Part shown: positions 42,105 through 53,099 of the stretch, in pieces
How the letters are laid out: each line of letters starts with the position of its first letter
Position numbering within the stretch: the stretch's first letter is position 1
Assembly (NCBI GenBank): GCA_964016885.1
Contig: OZ024740.1
Span: 67,146,001 to 67,210,000 of the forward strand
Direction of reading: 5' to 3'
From: Eledone cirrhosa
Lineage: Eukaryota
Length of the DNA: 64,000 nt
The notes under the pieces: model-generated
The model's input: the letters and a program-made list of their open reading frames with translations, nothing else
Told to the model about the DNA's origin: nothing
The model's database searches: none
Program-made: the position numbers and the translations under genes

Positions 42105-42379
42105 AGTAGAATTTTCGTTACTCCTGCAGAAGGTAGGAAATATGCCTCCTTGACGAAAAATGCAACATACCCAGCTTGGTATATAAAGGAGTCATCTTGA
42201 CTGAACAGAATCAGCAGAAGAAAGACAAGACATCTGAAGGCTTGTTGGAGGTTCGCTTTAAAAGTCGTGTCCTTAACCATAAAATGACACTTTGACACCC
42301 ACACAGAGTCATGCCCCCAACGTGCAAATCATGTGAGGACCCTCAAAGATAGCGGCACGAATTTCTCCATTAAAGCACA

Positions 42380-42990
42380 CCTCCAACCATCCCACTGACC
42401 TTGACTTTGTGGATGACAATGCGCTTCTTGCGCACCAACATCAAAGTAATGAATAACAGTGATATCAATCAAGCCGAGGATTTTACGGATCTTGGGTCCT
42501 GGATCATGGACACTGGAAATGATTTTGCCATCAGAAAAGTCTAAGCATCGTCAGCTTGCAACAAGATGGATTGAGTTTGCGCTCAACTCTTTCCAAACAC
42601 ACCAAAATCAGACTCTTCCAAGAAATAATTCAACCGATCTTACTATATGGAAGTGAAACATGGATGCTTTCATCCAAACGACAAAAGCGCCTTGATGGTA
42701 CCTACACTCGCTTACTTCAACGCATTCAGAATGTAAGCTTCCGACATCTGATTTTGAAAGAAATATATGGCGGCCTCCCACGCATATCTGTTGTACGTAA
42801 AAGGAGAGTAAGATTTGCTGGCCACTGCCATCGTACCACCTCTGAAACTGTGTCCCCACTATTGCTCTGAAAACCACAAGCAGTCACTGCTAACAGGGGG
42901 GGGGGGAATTCTCCTATCCAGATATTCTGGTATTAAGATCCCAAGTTGAGATCAGTTGTTGACTCGATATCGGCTGAGAGAGCCGGATGA
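42380..42990 (+). pseudogene. RTE-clade LINE ORF 3' fragment
   Basis: LDFVDDNALL, KIRLFQEIIQPILLYGSETW and RRVRFAGHCHR. Confidence 0.75.
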
Positions 42991-43454
42991 TGAAATGTAA
43001 GAATTTAGAAAGATGTAAGCTCTATTCAAAAGGAACGAAGACGTGTAAGTTTTTTATAGATGAAAGCTGTAACCCCTAAAAAAATTCAACGTACGAGTAA
43101 CTACCTAACTAAAAGAACACGTCTTCAAACATCGTACAGATATGTTCAAACTTAAAACTAAACGAACATACAGTTTGAAATATGTTACGAGTGGAATGCA
43201 GAACAACATACTACGACGCACACTTCACCTCTCCCTGTGAATAATTAACTTCTGTAATCCGTCCTCTTGTTTGTCACCATCACCCATCTTACAGATCTCC
43301 GTACAATGTTTTCCATATCTCAGGCTTATGCCTCTACCCTATTTTACACAGTCAGAAAACGTTATGCCTCCACCCTATTTTACACAGTCAGAAACCTACA
43401 AATTCAAAAATTCCTATCGTTCAACGGTTTTAATAGATTGCTTATATATATATA

Positions 43455-43793
43455 ATAGAAACAAGGAGGAAGTTTCGTTTACATATGAAACATATTTATT
43501 GCGTATCGACCTGTTACGCGCGTTTCGCAGAGGATTGTCCCGAGGACAAAAGATATATATCTTCTGTCGCATCACCAGTCTGAGGAGCATATCGATACTG
43601 GAGTCGGGTCCATAACTCCCGCGGGCCACCTTGAGCCAATCCTCTGCGCAACGCGCGTAACAGGTCGATACGCAATAAATATTTTTCATATGTAAACGAA
43701 ACTTCCTGTTTTTTTTCTTTCTATTACATACACTCTGCCTGTGCATAGAGTGCTTGATTTGGTTCCAACACCAGTATTTCACGGTACTACCTA

Positions 43794-43800
<7 letters not shown>
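43455..43800 (+). mobile_element. Inverted-repeat element containing a type I hammerhead motif (43575-43664)
   Basis: CCAGT-CTGAGGA-GCA...TGC-GCAAC-GCGC-GTA-ACAGG. The inverted arm (43510-43529) keeps the canonical GAAAC. Confidence 0.65.
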
Positions 43801-43849
<49 letters not shown>

Positions 43850-44702
43850 TGGCAAATGTGTAGGATTATATAGCAATACCTGTACTGTATTTTTAATTAA
43901 AACTCTGCTTTAGTTTTCACTCTCTCTGTTAACATTATGGGTAATTAAAGAGACAGAAACATCATAACTAAGATAGAATGGTGTCAAAAGGTTGCGGAGA
44001 GTAAATATAAGTATATAAAATTACACTTTGAGTATGGTTATATTAGTTATGTGTGTGTCAGTGTGTGTATGTGTGGATGTGTATTTGTTCGTGCCTGTGT
44101 GTATGTATGCTTGCATGTGTGTATATATGCAAGTGTATATGCCTGTGCTTAACTATACGTTTCACTTAAAAATCACGAGTAAAACGTAGTCAACACAGAG
44201 GCAGGATGTATATATTTATTGCAGCTGAGCATATACACTTTCTAAAACTCCTCAAATTATTGTGATTGTGAATATCGTTAGTCACGTAAATTTACAAAAT
44301 GTTGCATATGACGATAAATATAAGTTGACAGGTATTTAAAAAAAGATGTATGAGGAAACATATAATAATATATATGTAGAAAAGATATATATAAATTTCC
44401 ACACACACAGACACACACACACAATAAAGAAAATTTGAAGATGGCAAGAAAATGTGACTGAACGGGTTTGTGAGAACAATAAAACAATATTGAAGGCGGT
44501 TGACGTTAAGAATTGAAAATAAGGAGGAGAAAAAAATATGGCCAATACAAAAAGATGATTGGTTGAAGAATGTAAAATTTAAACCACATATAATGGAGTT
44601 AAAATAGTGTGTATTGTTAAATGACACTTATGATTTCTGAAGGAGACACAAGCTCGTCTATACGTATGCATCCGTATCCTTCCTATATATATATATATAT
44701 AT

Positions 44703-45310
44703 ATGGTGGCTGCCAACTCGTTTTCGAGTACGGCCACTACTTTATATCCATGTAGGAGAACCCCTACCGATGCGCTGAACGAGTGACTTTTTAATCCAGG
44801 CAGCGACTTCAAAACTCTGGTACAAACACTACACTTGTGACAATTATTGACACATAGTGCTGGGCCCATGGTACCATGTGACGACAAATGCAGAGAGATC
44901 TCCAGATATAAAGCAATGCCTGTGCCGTGAAGCTTTTATAGTGAGCAAAGGCACTGCACAAAGCCAGTCCCACTCTCTTAACCAAGATGATATTTACCAA
45001 AAAGAAGAACAAGTCAACATCATTGGATATCATCAGGGTTGCAGGTGTTATATCAGAGTTTTCCTTCTCCTAGAATTCTACCTTGACTAAGGCTAAGGGG
45101 TCATCTCTCCCGGTGATTTTGGATCGCCATTGACTCTTAAGAGCTCCTTTGCCCTTTGACAGGTTTTGTTTTTAGTCCTGCAGGATGTCCAAAGTCACCC
45201 TCCTCACCAAGAAACCTTGGTGGGGTTGCCAGTTTAGTCGCCAACGACCCGACCATGAGACAGGTTGTACTGGGATACATGTTACCAGTAGCACCAACTG
45301 GTGACCTGAC
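44703..45310 (-). mobile_element. Non-autonomous retroelement (probably RTE 5'UTR-derived), longest copy
   Basis: Same family as 20947-21355. Minus strand reads GGTGCTACTGGTAACATG...GGCGACTAAACTGGCAACCCCACC. Confidence 0.55.
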
Positions 45311-45640
45311 ATATATCCACATACATACATGCATAGATGCATACATGCCTACTTACATATGCACACACGCACGCCCATATATACATTTTCACCAAGATAA
45401 AGCATTGACTTTGATTCTTATGAAGATAGCAGATATTGAAATACAATTTAGAAATGCACACAATTATTTTCACGTACGTATATGAATGAATAAAAATAAA
45501 CGTATGCACAAATTCTCACATACACAAAAAAAGAAGTGTAATAGGTGGTGTTTTTTAATTCAGATTGAATACAACACATATAGGAATACGTTATATGTGC
45601 CTGTGTGAACGCGTACATGTGTTTATAAAAGTCAATAAAC

Positions 45641-45683
<43 letters not shown>

Positions 45684-45811
45684 TTTTGAGTTTATGTTGG
45701 TTGTATACCAACACCCCGCTATATATATATATATATATACACACCAGTTTATTGACTTTTATATATACATGTGTGTGTGTGTGTGTGTGCGTGTGCGTAT
45801 ATATGCATATA

Positions 45812-46155
45812 TAACACCTGCAACTCTGATGGTATCCAATGATGTTGACTTGTTCTTCTTTTGGGTAAATATCATCTTGGTTAAGAGAGTGGGACTGGCT
45901 TTGTGCAGTGCCTTTGCTCACTATAGAAGCTTCACGGCACATTGCTTTATATGTGGAGATATCTCTGCACTTGACGTCACATGGTACCATGGGCCCAGCA
46001 CTATGTGACAATAATTGTCAAAGGTGTAGTGTTTGTACCAGAGTTTTTAAGTCGCTGCCTGGATTAAAAAGTCACTCGTTCAGCGCATCGGTAGGGGTTC
46101 TCCTACATGGATATAAAGTAGTGGGCGTACTCGAAAACGAGTTGGCAGCCACCAT
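45812..46155 (+). mobile_element. Same family as 44703-45310, opposite orientation
   Basis: Reverse complement of 44703-45052. Confidence 0.65.
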
Positions 46156-46176
46156 ATATTTTATATATATATCTAC

Positions 46177-46242
<66 letters not shown>

Positions 46243-46279
46243 GTATATGTATATATGTGTGTGGGAGTGAGTGTGTGTG

Positions 46280-46409
<130 letters not shown>

Positions 46410-46541
46410 TATATATATGTGTGTGTGTCTGTGTGTATAGGTGTGTGTGTGTGTAAGTGTGTTGTTTATCTTATCAGCCATTTCAGAAGCTGAACTCACA
46501 GCTGCTACTAATTTTGTACTACAAATCAGTGAATTTCTTAC

Positions 46542-46720
46542 TGGTTCAAGTTCATGAGTTTCTTGTATTTCTTTTTGATTTTTATACTGCAATAGTGGTG
46601 TTGCGGGTGGAGGTTTTGTTTCTGCTAAACCCGGGTCGAATAGATTTAATGGTTGAAGACATTCTATAGCATTGTCAGTTCTACCGCATTTATGATTGCA
46701 TTTTCTATATTTCAAATCAG
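46542..46720 (-). CDS. Candidate host exon B
   Basis: acag|CTGATTTG...GAACCA|gtaaga; open frame [12 protein letters not shown]...HELEP; phase-compatible with exon A. Confidence 0.3.
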
Positions 46721-47531
46721 CTGTACTTCAATTTTAGGGATATTTGAGTTATACATATGTTTTCAAATAGTGCAGATTCATAGAAACCTAGTCGTTTACG
46801 CTTGCACATTTCTGTCTTTGCCGGGATTCGTTTCATTACTGACGCAAGCTTAATCGGAATTACCCTCTAGAGGCACGTCAGAACCAGGTGATAGTATTGA
46901 AAAGGCATCGGATTAATTCTACTACCTAAGTAGGCCAAAGTCTAGTTTGAATTCCGAACTGAAAGAGGGATAACAAAAACTGCTAGACAACTCATCAAAC
47001 ACACAATTCCGCTAATCTATCAACCTTGATTATTGTATTTTATTGACACAGAAAGAATGAAAGTTAAAGTTGCCACAATCGTTTATATTACGACTCAGAG
47101 CGCATAGAACCGGAAAAAACTATTGCAATGCATCTCGTCGTATGCGCTAACGTCTGTGCCATTTCAACGCAAGTATATAACATTCATGCTCTTAAAATTG
47201 GCTTTAAAAACTGAACTTATATCAGCTATGACTCATTTACTTGCGGGTTGTATTAAATATACAGATATATCATTAGATATGCAGAGAAATATTATCTGTC
47301 GCTATCAGATCAACATAATTATGCAGTGCTTGCATTTCCCCTCTATGGAAATGAATGGTTAATGAGACAAACTGCATTAGGCGATTTATTGTCCATATTT
47401 TAATCACCTAAGTTTCTGAGAATTTACTATGAATAATATTCTAGATTCGATTCTATCCAGCTTATTCTACTGCTATGTATTTCCCTTTTTTTATTATAAT
47501 TTAACAATAATACATTTAACTTTAAGATATA

Positions 47532-47713
47532 ATTGTTTCTACTTTTGGCACAAGGCCAGCAATTAGTCAGTGTATTACTGGTACTTTATTTTATCGACCT
47601 CGTAAGGATGAAAGGCAAAGTTAACCTCGGCGGGATTTGAACTCAGATCATAAAGGGCCGTAACTTTTTGTCTAAAGGATGGCGTCCAACCCTCTACCGA
47701 TACTGCCAATCCA
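47532..47713 (-). mobile_element. CORE-type SINE
   Basis: Homologous to 21827-22007. Confidence 0.82.
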
Positions 47714-47955
47714 TATAATTAATATAACTGCGAAGGCGATAATATGTCTGATGTAGAAGTTCACGGAATATAAAATAGAGCCTTTTATTCAAACGTATGG
47801 AATTAACTGTTCTCATTCGGGTATCCATAAACGGTCAATTCTCACTTTAATTACTTACCCCACTGAGATCAAATTTGCATTTTACTCTTTCCTTCTCTAA
47901 AATCTTTTTGTCTTTTGGTTAAATTAGAAACTATTAGAAGCCACTAAATATTTAC

Positions 47956-48093
47956 TTGTGAACACAATATCTTGTTCCATTGGATCTGTATTATATGTAG
48001 ATAAATTAGCTCGGGAAACGAACTCACGACAAGCAGATAGAGTACAGCTTCTAATGCTTATCCCAATATTATAAGAGCATTGCCCACTCAATT
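47956..48093 (-). CDS. Candidate host exon A (138 bp, phase 1-1)
   Basis: ttacag|AATTG...TTCACAA|gtaaat; ELSGQCSYNIGISIRSCTLSACREF...DIVFT. Confidence 0.3.
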
Positions 48094-48233
48094 CTGTAAT
48101 CATCAAACATATGAAACGTGGTGCGGTATCTCGCGAATATATACATGTATATATACATTTTTGTTTTATATTAACATGACATCTAATGGAATAGAACATT
48201 TTCATTCGTATATATAAATATATATACATATAT

Positions 48234-50676
48234 GAATATAGACATAGAATATTCGAAAATATTCTGTATGTTTATAATAAACATTTTGAAGACCTAATCG
48301 CTATAGAATAGAATACGTCACGTATTACAATTAGATTCTCGATAAAAGCAAGGGAAGTAATCTACGCGTTTCATTCTTGTTAGAAATCATCAGGACCACA
48401 TATCCAGTGCTTTTATCGAGAATGACACAGCTAGAGACTTATAGAATACTTAGCTGTGTACAGGAACTGGTTTGAAAGAGCGGTTGCCGGTCCGGCAGAA
48501 ATTAGAAATTGGAATAAATGCTCTGAAATAGCGATATATATGTGAATATAGACATAGAATATTCGAAAATATTCTGTATGTTTATAATAAACATTTTGAA
48601 GACCTAATCGCTATAGAATAGAATACGTCACGTATTACAATTAGATTCTCGATAAAAGCAAGGGAAGTAATCTACGCGTTTCATTCTTGTTAGAAATCAT
48701 CAGGACTACATATCCAGTGCTTTTATCGAGAATGACACAGCTAGAGACTTATAGAATACTTAGCTGTGTACAGGAACTGGTTTGAAAGAGCGGTTGCCGG
48801 TCCGGCAGAAATTAGAAATTGGAATAAATGCTCTGAAATAGCGATATATATGTGAATATAGACATAGAATATTCGAAAATATTCTGTATGTTTATAATAA
48901 ACATTTTGAAGACCTAATCGCTATAGAATAGAATACGTCACGTATTACAATTAGATTCTCGATAAAAGCAAGGGAAGTAATCTACGCGTTTCATTCTTGT
49001 TAGAAATCATCAGGACCACATATCCAGTGCTTTTATCGAGAATGACACAGCTAGAGACTTATAGAATACTTAGCTGTGTACAGGAACTGGTTTGAAAGAG
49101 CGGTTGCCGGTCCGGCAGAAATTAGAAATTGGAATAAATGCTCTGAAATAGCGATATATATGTGAATATAGACATAGAATATTCGAAAATATTCTGTATG
49201 TTTATAATAAACATTTTGAAGACCTAATCGCTATAGAATAGAATACGTCACGTATTACAATTAGATTCTCGATAAAAGCAAGGGAAGTAATCTACGCGTT
49301 TCATTCTTGTTAGAAATCATCAGGACCACATATCCAGTGCTTTTATCGAGAATGACACAGCTAGAGACTTATAGAATACTTAGCTGTGTACAGGAACTGG
49401 TTTGAAAGAGCGGTTGCCGGTCCGGCAGAAATTAGAAATTGGAATAAATGCTCTGAAATAGCGATATATATGTGAATATAGACATAGAATATTCGAAAAT
49501 ATTCTGTATGTTTATAATAAACATTTTGAAGACCTAATCGCTATAGAATAGAATACGTCACGTATTACAATTAGATTCTCGATAAAAGCAAGGGAAGTAA
49601 TCTACGCGTTTCATTCTTGTTAGAAATCATCAGGACCACATATCCAGTGCTTTTATCGAGAATGACACAGCTAGAGACTTATAGAATACTTAGCTGTGTA
49701 CAGGAACTGGTTTGAAAGAGCGGTTGCCGGTCCGGCAGAAATTAGAAATTGGAATAAATGCTCTGAAATAGCGATATATATGTGAATATAGACATAGAAT
49801 ATTCGAAAATATTCTGTATGTTTATAATAAACATTTTGAAGACCTAATCGCTATAGAATAGAATACGTCACGTATTACAATTAGATTCTCGATAAAAGCA
49901 AGGGAAGTAATCTACGCGTTTCATTCTTGTTAGAAATCATCAGGACCACATATCCAGTGCTTTTATCGAGAATGACACAGCTAGAGACTTATAGAATACT
50001 TAGCTGTGTACAGGAACTGGTTTGAAAGAGCGGTTGCCGGTCCGGCAGAAATTAGAAATTGGAATAAATGCTCTGAAATAGCGATATATATGTGAATATA
50101 GACATAGAATATTCGAAAATATTCTGTATGTTTATAATAAACATTTTGAAGACCTAATCGCTATAGAATAGAATACGTCACGTATTACAATTAGATTCTC
50201 GATAAAAGCAAGGGAAGTAATCTACGCGTTTCATTCTTGTTAGAAATCATCAGGACCACATATCCAGTGCTTTTATCGAGAATGACACAGCTAGAGACTT
50301 ATAGAATACTTAGCTGTGTACAGGAACTGGTTTGAAAGAGCGGTTGCCGGTCCGGCAGAAATTAGAAATTGGAATAAATGCTCTGAAATAGCGATATATA
50401 TGTGAATATAGACATAGAATATTCGAAAATATTCTGTATGTTTATAATAAACATTTTGAAGACCTAATCGCTATAGAATAGAATACGTCACGTATTACAA
50501 TTAGATTCTCGATAAAAGCAAGGGAAGTAATCTACGCGTTTCATTCTTGTTAGAAATCATCAGGACCACATATCCAGTGCTTTTATCGAGAATGACACAG
50601 CTAGAGACTTATAGAATACTTAGCTGTGTACAGGAACTGGTTTGAAAGAGCGGTTGCCGGTCCGGCAGAAATTAGA
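48234..50676 (-). repeat. 310-bp tandem array, left arm (~7.9 copies), each with a minus-strand hammerhead; non-LTR retrozyme-like
   Basis: GACATAGAATATTCG at 48241, 48551, 48861, 49171, 49481, 49791, 50101 and 50411. TACGCGTTTC...TCATCAG occurs in every unit. Confidence 0.95.
48335..48423 (-). ncRNA. Type I hammerhead ribozyme (first of 8 minus-strand copies, period 310)
   Basis: Reverse complement of the motif at 50979-51067. Confidence 0.85.
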
Positions 50677-52134
50677 TAAAAGCACTGGATATGTGGTCCT
50701 GATGATTTCTAACAAGAATGAAACGCGTAGATTACTTCCCTTGCTTTTATCGAGAATCTAATTGTAATACGTGACGTATTCTATTCTATAGCGATTAGGT
50801 CTTCAAAATGTTTATTATAAACATACAGAATATTTTCGAATATTCTATGTCTATATTCACATATATATCGCTATTTCAGAGCATTTATTCCAATTTCTAA
50901 TTTCTGCCGGACCGGCAACCGCTCTTTCAAACCAGTTCCTGTACACAGCTAAGTATTCTATAAGTCTCTAGCTGTGTCATTCTCGATAAAAGCACTGGAT
51001 ATGTGGTCCTGATGATTTCTAACAAGAATGAAACGCGTAGATTACTTCCCTTGCTTTTATCGAGAATCTAATTGTAATACGTGACGTATTCTATTCTATA
51101 GCGATTAGGTCTTCAAAATGTTTATTATAAACATACAGAATATTTTCGAATATTCTATGTCTATATTCACATATATATCGCTATTTCAGAGCATTTATTC
51201 CAATTTCTAATTTCTGCCGGACCGGCAACCGCTCTTTCAAACCAGTTCCTGTACACAGCTAAGTATTCTATAAGTCTCTAGCTGTGTCATTCTCGATAAA
51301 AGCACTGGATATGTGGTCCTGATGATTTCTAACAAGAATGAAACGCGTAGATTACTTCCCTTGCTTTTATCGAGAATCTAATTGTAATACGTGACGTATT
51401 CTATTCTATAGCGATTAGGTCTTCAAAATGTTTATTATAAACATACAGAATATTTTCGAATATTCTATGTCTATATTCACATATATATCGCTATTTCAGA
51501 GCATTTATTCCAATTTCTAATTTCTGCCGGACCGGCAACCGCTCTTTCAAACCAGTTCCTGTACACAGCTAAGTATTCTATAAGTCTCTAGCTGTGTCAT
51601 TCTCGATAAAAGCACTGGATATGTGGTCCTGATGATTTCTAACAAGAATGAAACGCGTAGATTACTTCCCTTGCTTTTATCGAGAATCTAATTGTAATAC
51701 GTGACGTATTCTATTCTATAGCGATTAGGTCTTCAAAATGTTTATTATAAACATACAGAATATTTTCGAATATTCTATGTCTATATTCACATATATATCG
51801 CTATTTCAGAGCATTTATTCCAATTTCTAATTTCTGCCGGACCGGCAACCGCTCTTTCAAACCAGTTCCTGTACACAGCTAAGTATTCTATAAGTCTCTA
51901 GCTGTGTCATTCTCGATAAAAGCACTGGATATGTGGTCCTGATGATTTCTAACAAGAATGAAACGCGTAGATTACTTCCCTTGCTTTTATCGAGAATCTA
52001 ATTGTAATACGTGACGTATTCTATTCTATAGCGATTAGGTCTTCAAAATGTTTATTATAAACATACAGAATATTTTCGAATATTCTATGTCTATATTCAC
52101 ATATATATCGCTATTTCAGAGCATTTATTCCAAT
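50675..52134 (+). repeat. 310-bp tandem array, right arm (~4.7 copies), inverted relative to the left arm
   Basis: CTGATGA at 50699, 51009, 51319, 51629 and 51939. Confidence 0.95.
50979..51067 (+). ncRNA. Type I hammerhead ribozyme (representative plus-strand copy), predicted cleavage after GTA at 51039
   Basis: ATTCTCGATAAAAGCA..GTGGTC-CTGATGA-T-TTCT-AACA-AGAA-T-GAAAC-GC-GTA-GATTAC..TGCTTTTATCGAGAAT. Confidence 0.85.
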
Positions 52135-52164
52135 ATACATATATATATATATGAATAAATAAAT

Positions 52165-52824
52165 AAAAAATTTCACTCTACATGGCTGAATACAATAAAG
52201 GTAATCTGAGTTTTTAAATGTGATCTGTGTTTAATAACAATAGTCGATTCGTTTGCAATTATCCAACAAGCCTCATTTTTAAAGCCATGTCAGTAGAATG
52301 GACCCTTTATTCTTGCTCTTGTGTTGGCATGTAAGCAGAACTGCAGACACTACTGTTTCTGGATGCTTGTTTGCATAATTGCAAACGAATAGAATAATAT
52401 TATTAATATTCGAAAAACTCATATTACATTTATTGTATTCAGCCATGTACAGCGAATTTTTTTTTTTTAAATTTGAATATGGCAAAGACGGCCATTGATC
52501 GCTCGTATACAGGAAACTGACTGGCTAGTCTGCTGATATGCAAATCTGGCTGATCAGTGGATTTGCTAATATGCAGATCTGAGTGATCAGCCAGTCTGCT
52601 AATATGCAAATCAGGCCGACCAGCTCTGACAGTTGGCAGGTGGACAGTGAACTGTACTGATGAAGGTTAATAACCAGAAACATTAGTGTCTGCAGTTCTA
52701 TTTACATGCCAACACAAGAGCAAGAATGAGGGGCTCTTTCTACTGAAATTGCTTTAAAAATGAGGCTTGTTTGCATAATTGCAAACGAATGGAATATTAG
52801 TATTAACATTCAAAAAGTCAGAAT

Positions 52825-52830
<6 letters not shown>
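52165..52830 (+). mobile_element. Retrozyme-like element: ~400-bp unit with terminal direct repeat and inverted partial copy
   Basis: GCTTGTTTGCATAATTGCAAACGAAT at 52365 and 52765. 52165-52362 is inverted relative to 52674-52830 and 52420-52470. Confidence 0.75.
52649..52698 (+). ncRNA. Type I hammerhead ribozyme motif
   Basis: GAACTGTA-CTGATGA-A-GGTTAATAACC-A-GAAAC-ATTAGT-GTC-TGCAGTTC, with distal stem I GTTGGCA/TGCCAAC. Confidence 0.8.
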
Positions 52831-52863
<33 letters not shown>

Positions 52864-52982
52864 GAAAATAGAATAGCTTTCACCGTATTTTTGACTAAAG
52901 GAATTTTAGCGTGATAGTGGTGTTTAGAACCCTCAGATAAATGAAAAAAGATGAGTATTGACGTACATGGGACGTACTTACT

Positions 52983-53050
<68 letters not shown>

Positions 53051-53099
53051 CGGCGATGAATTAGTTTTGCGAGGTTTTTTTTATATGAAATCGTGTGTC

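Noticed and set aside
48234-52134. CRISPR array or protein-coding repeat
   Set aside because: Units are identical along their whole length with no unique spacers, no cas genes and no ORF, and the context is eukaryotic.
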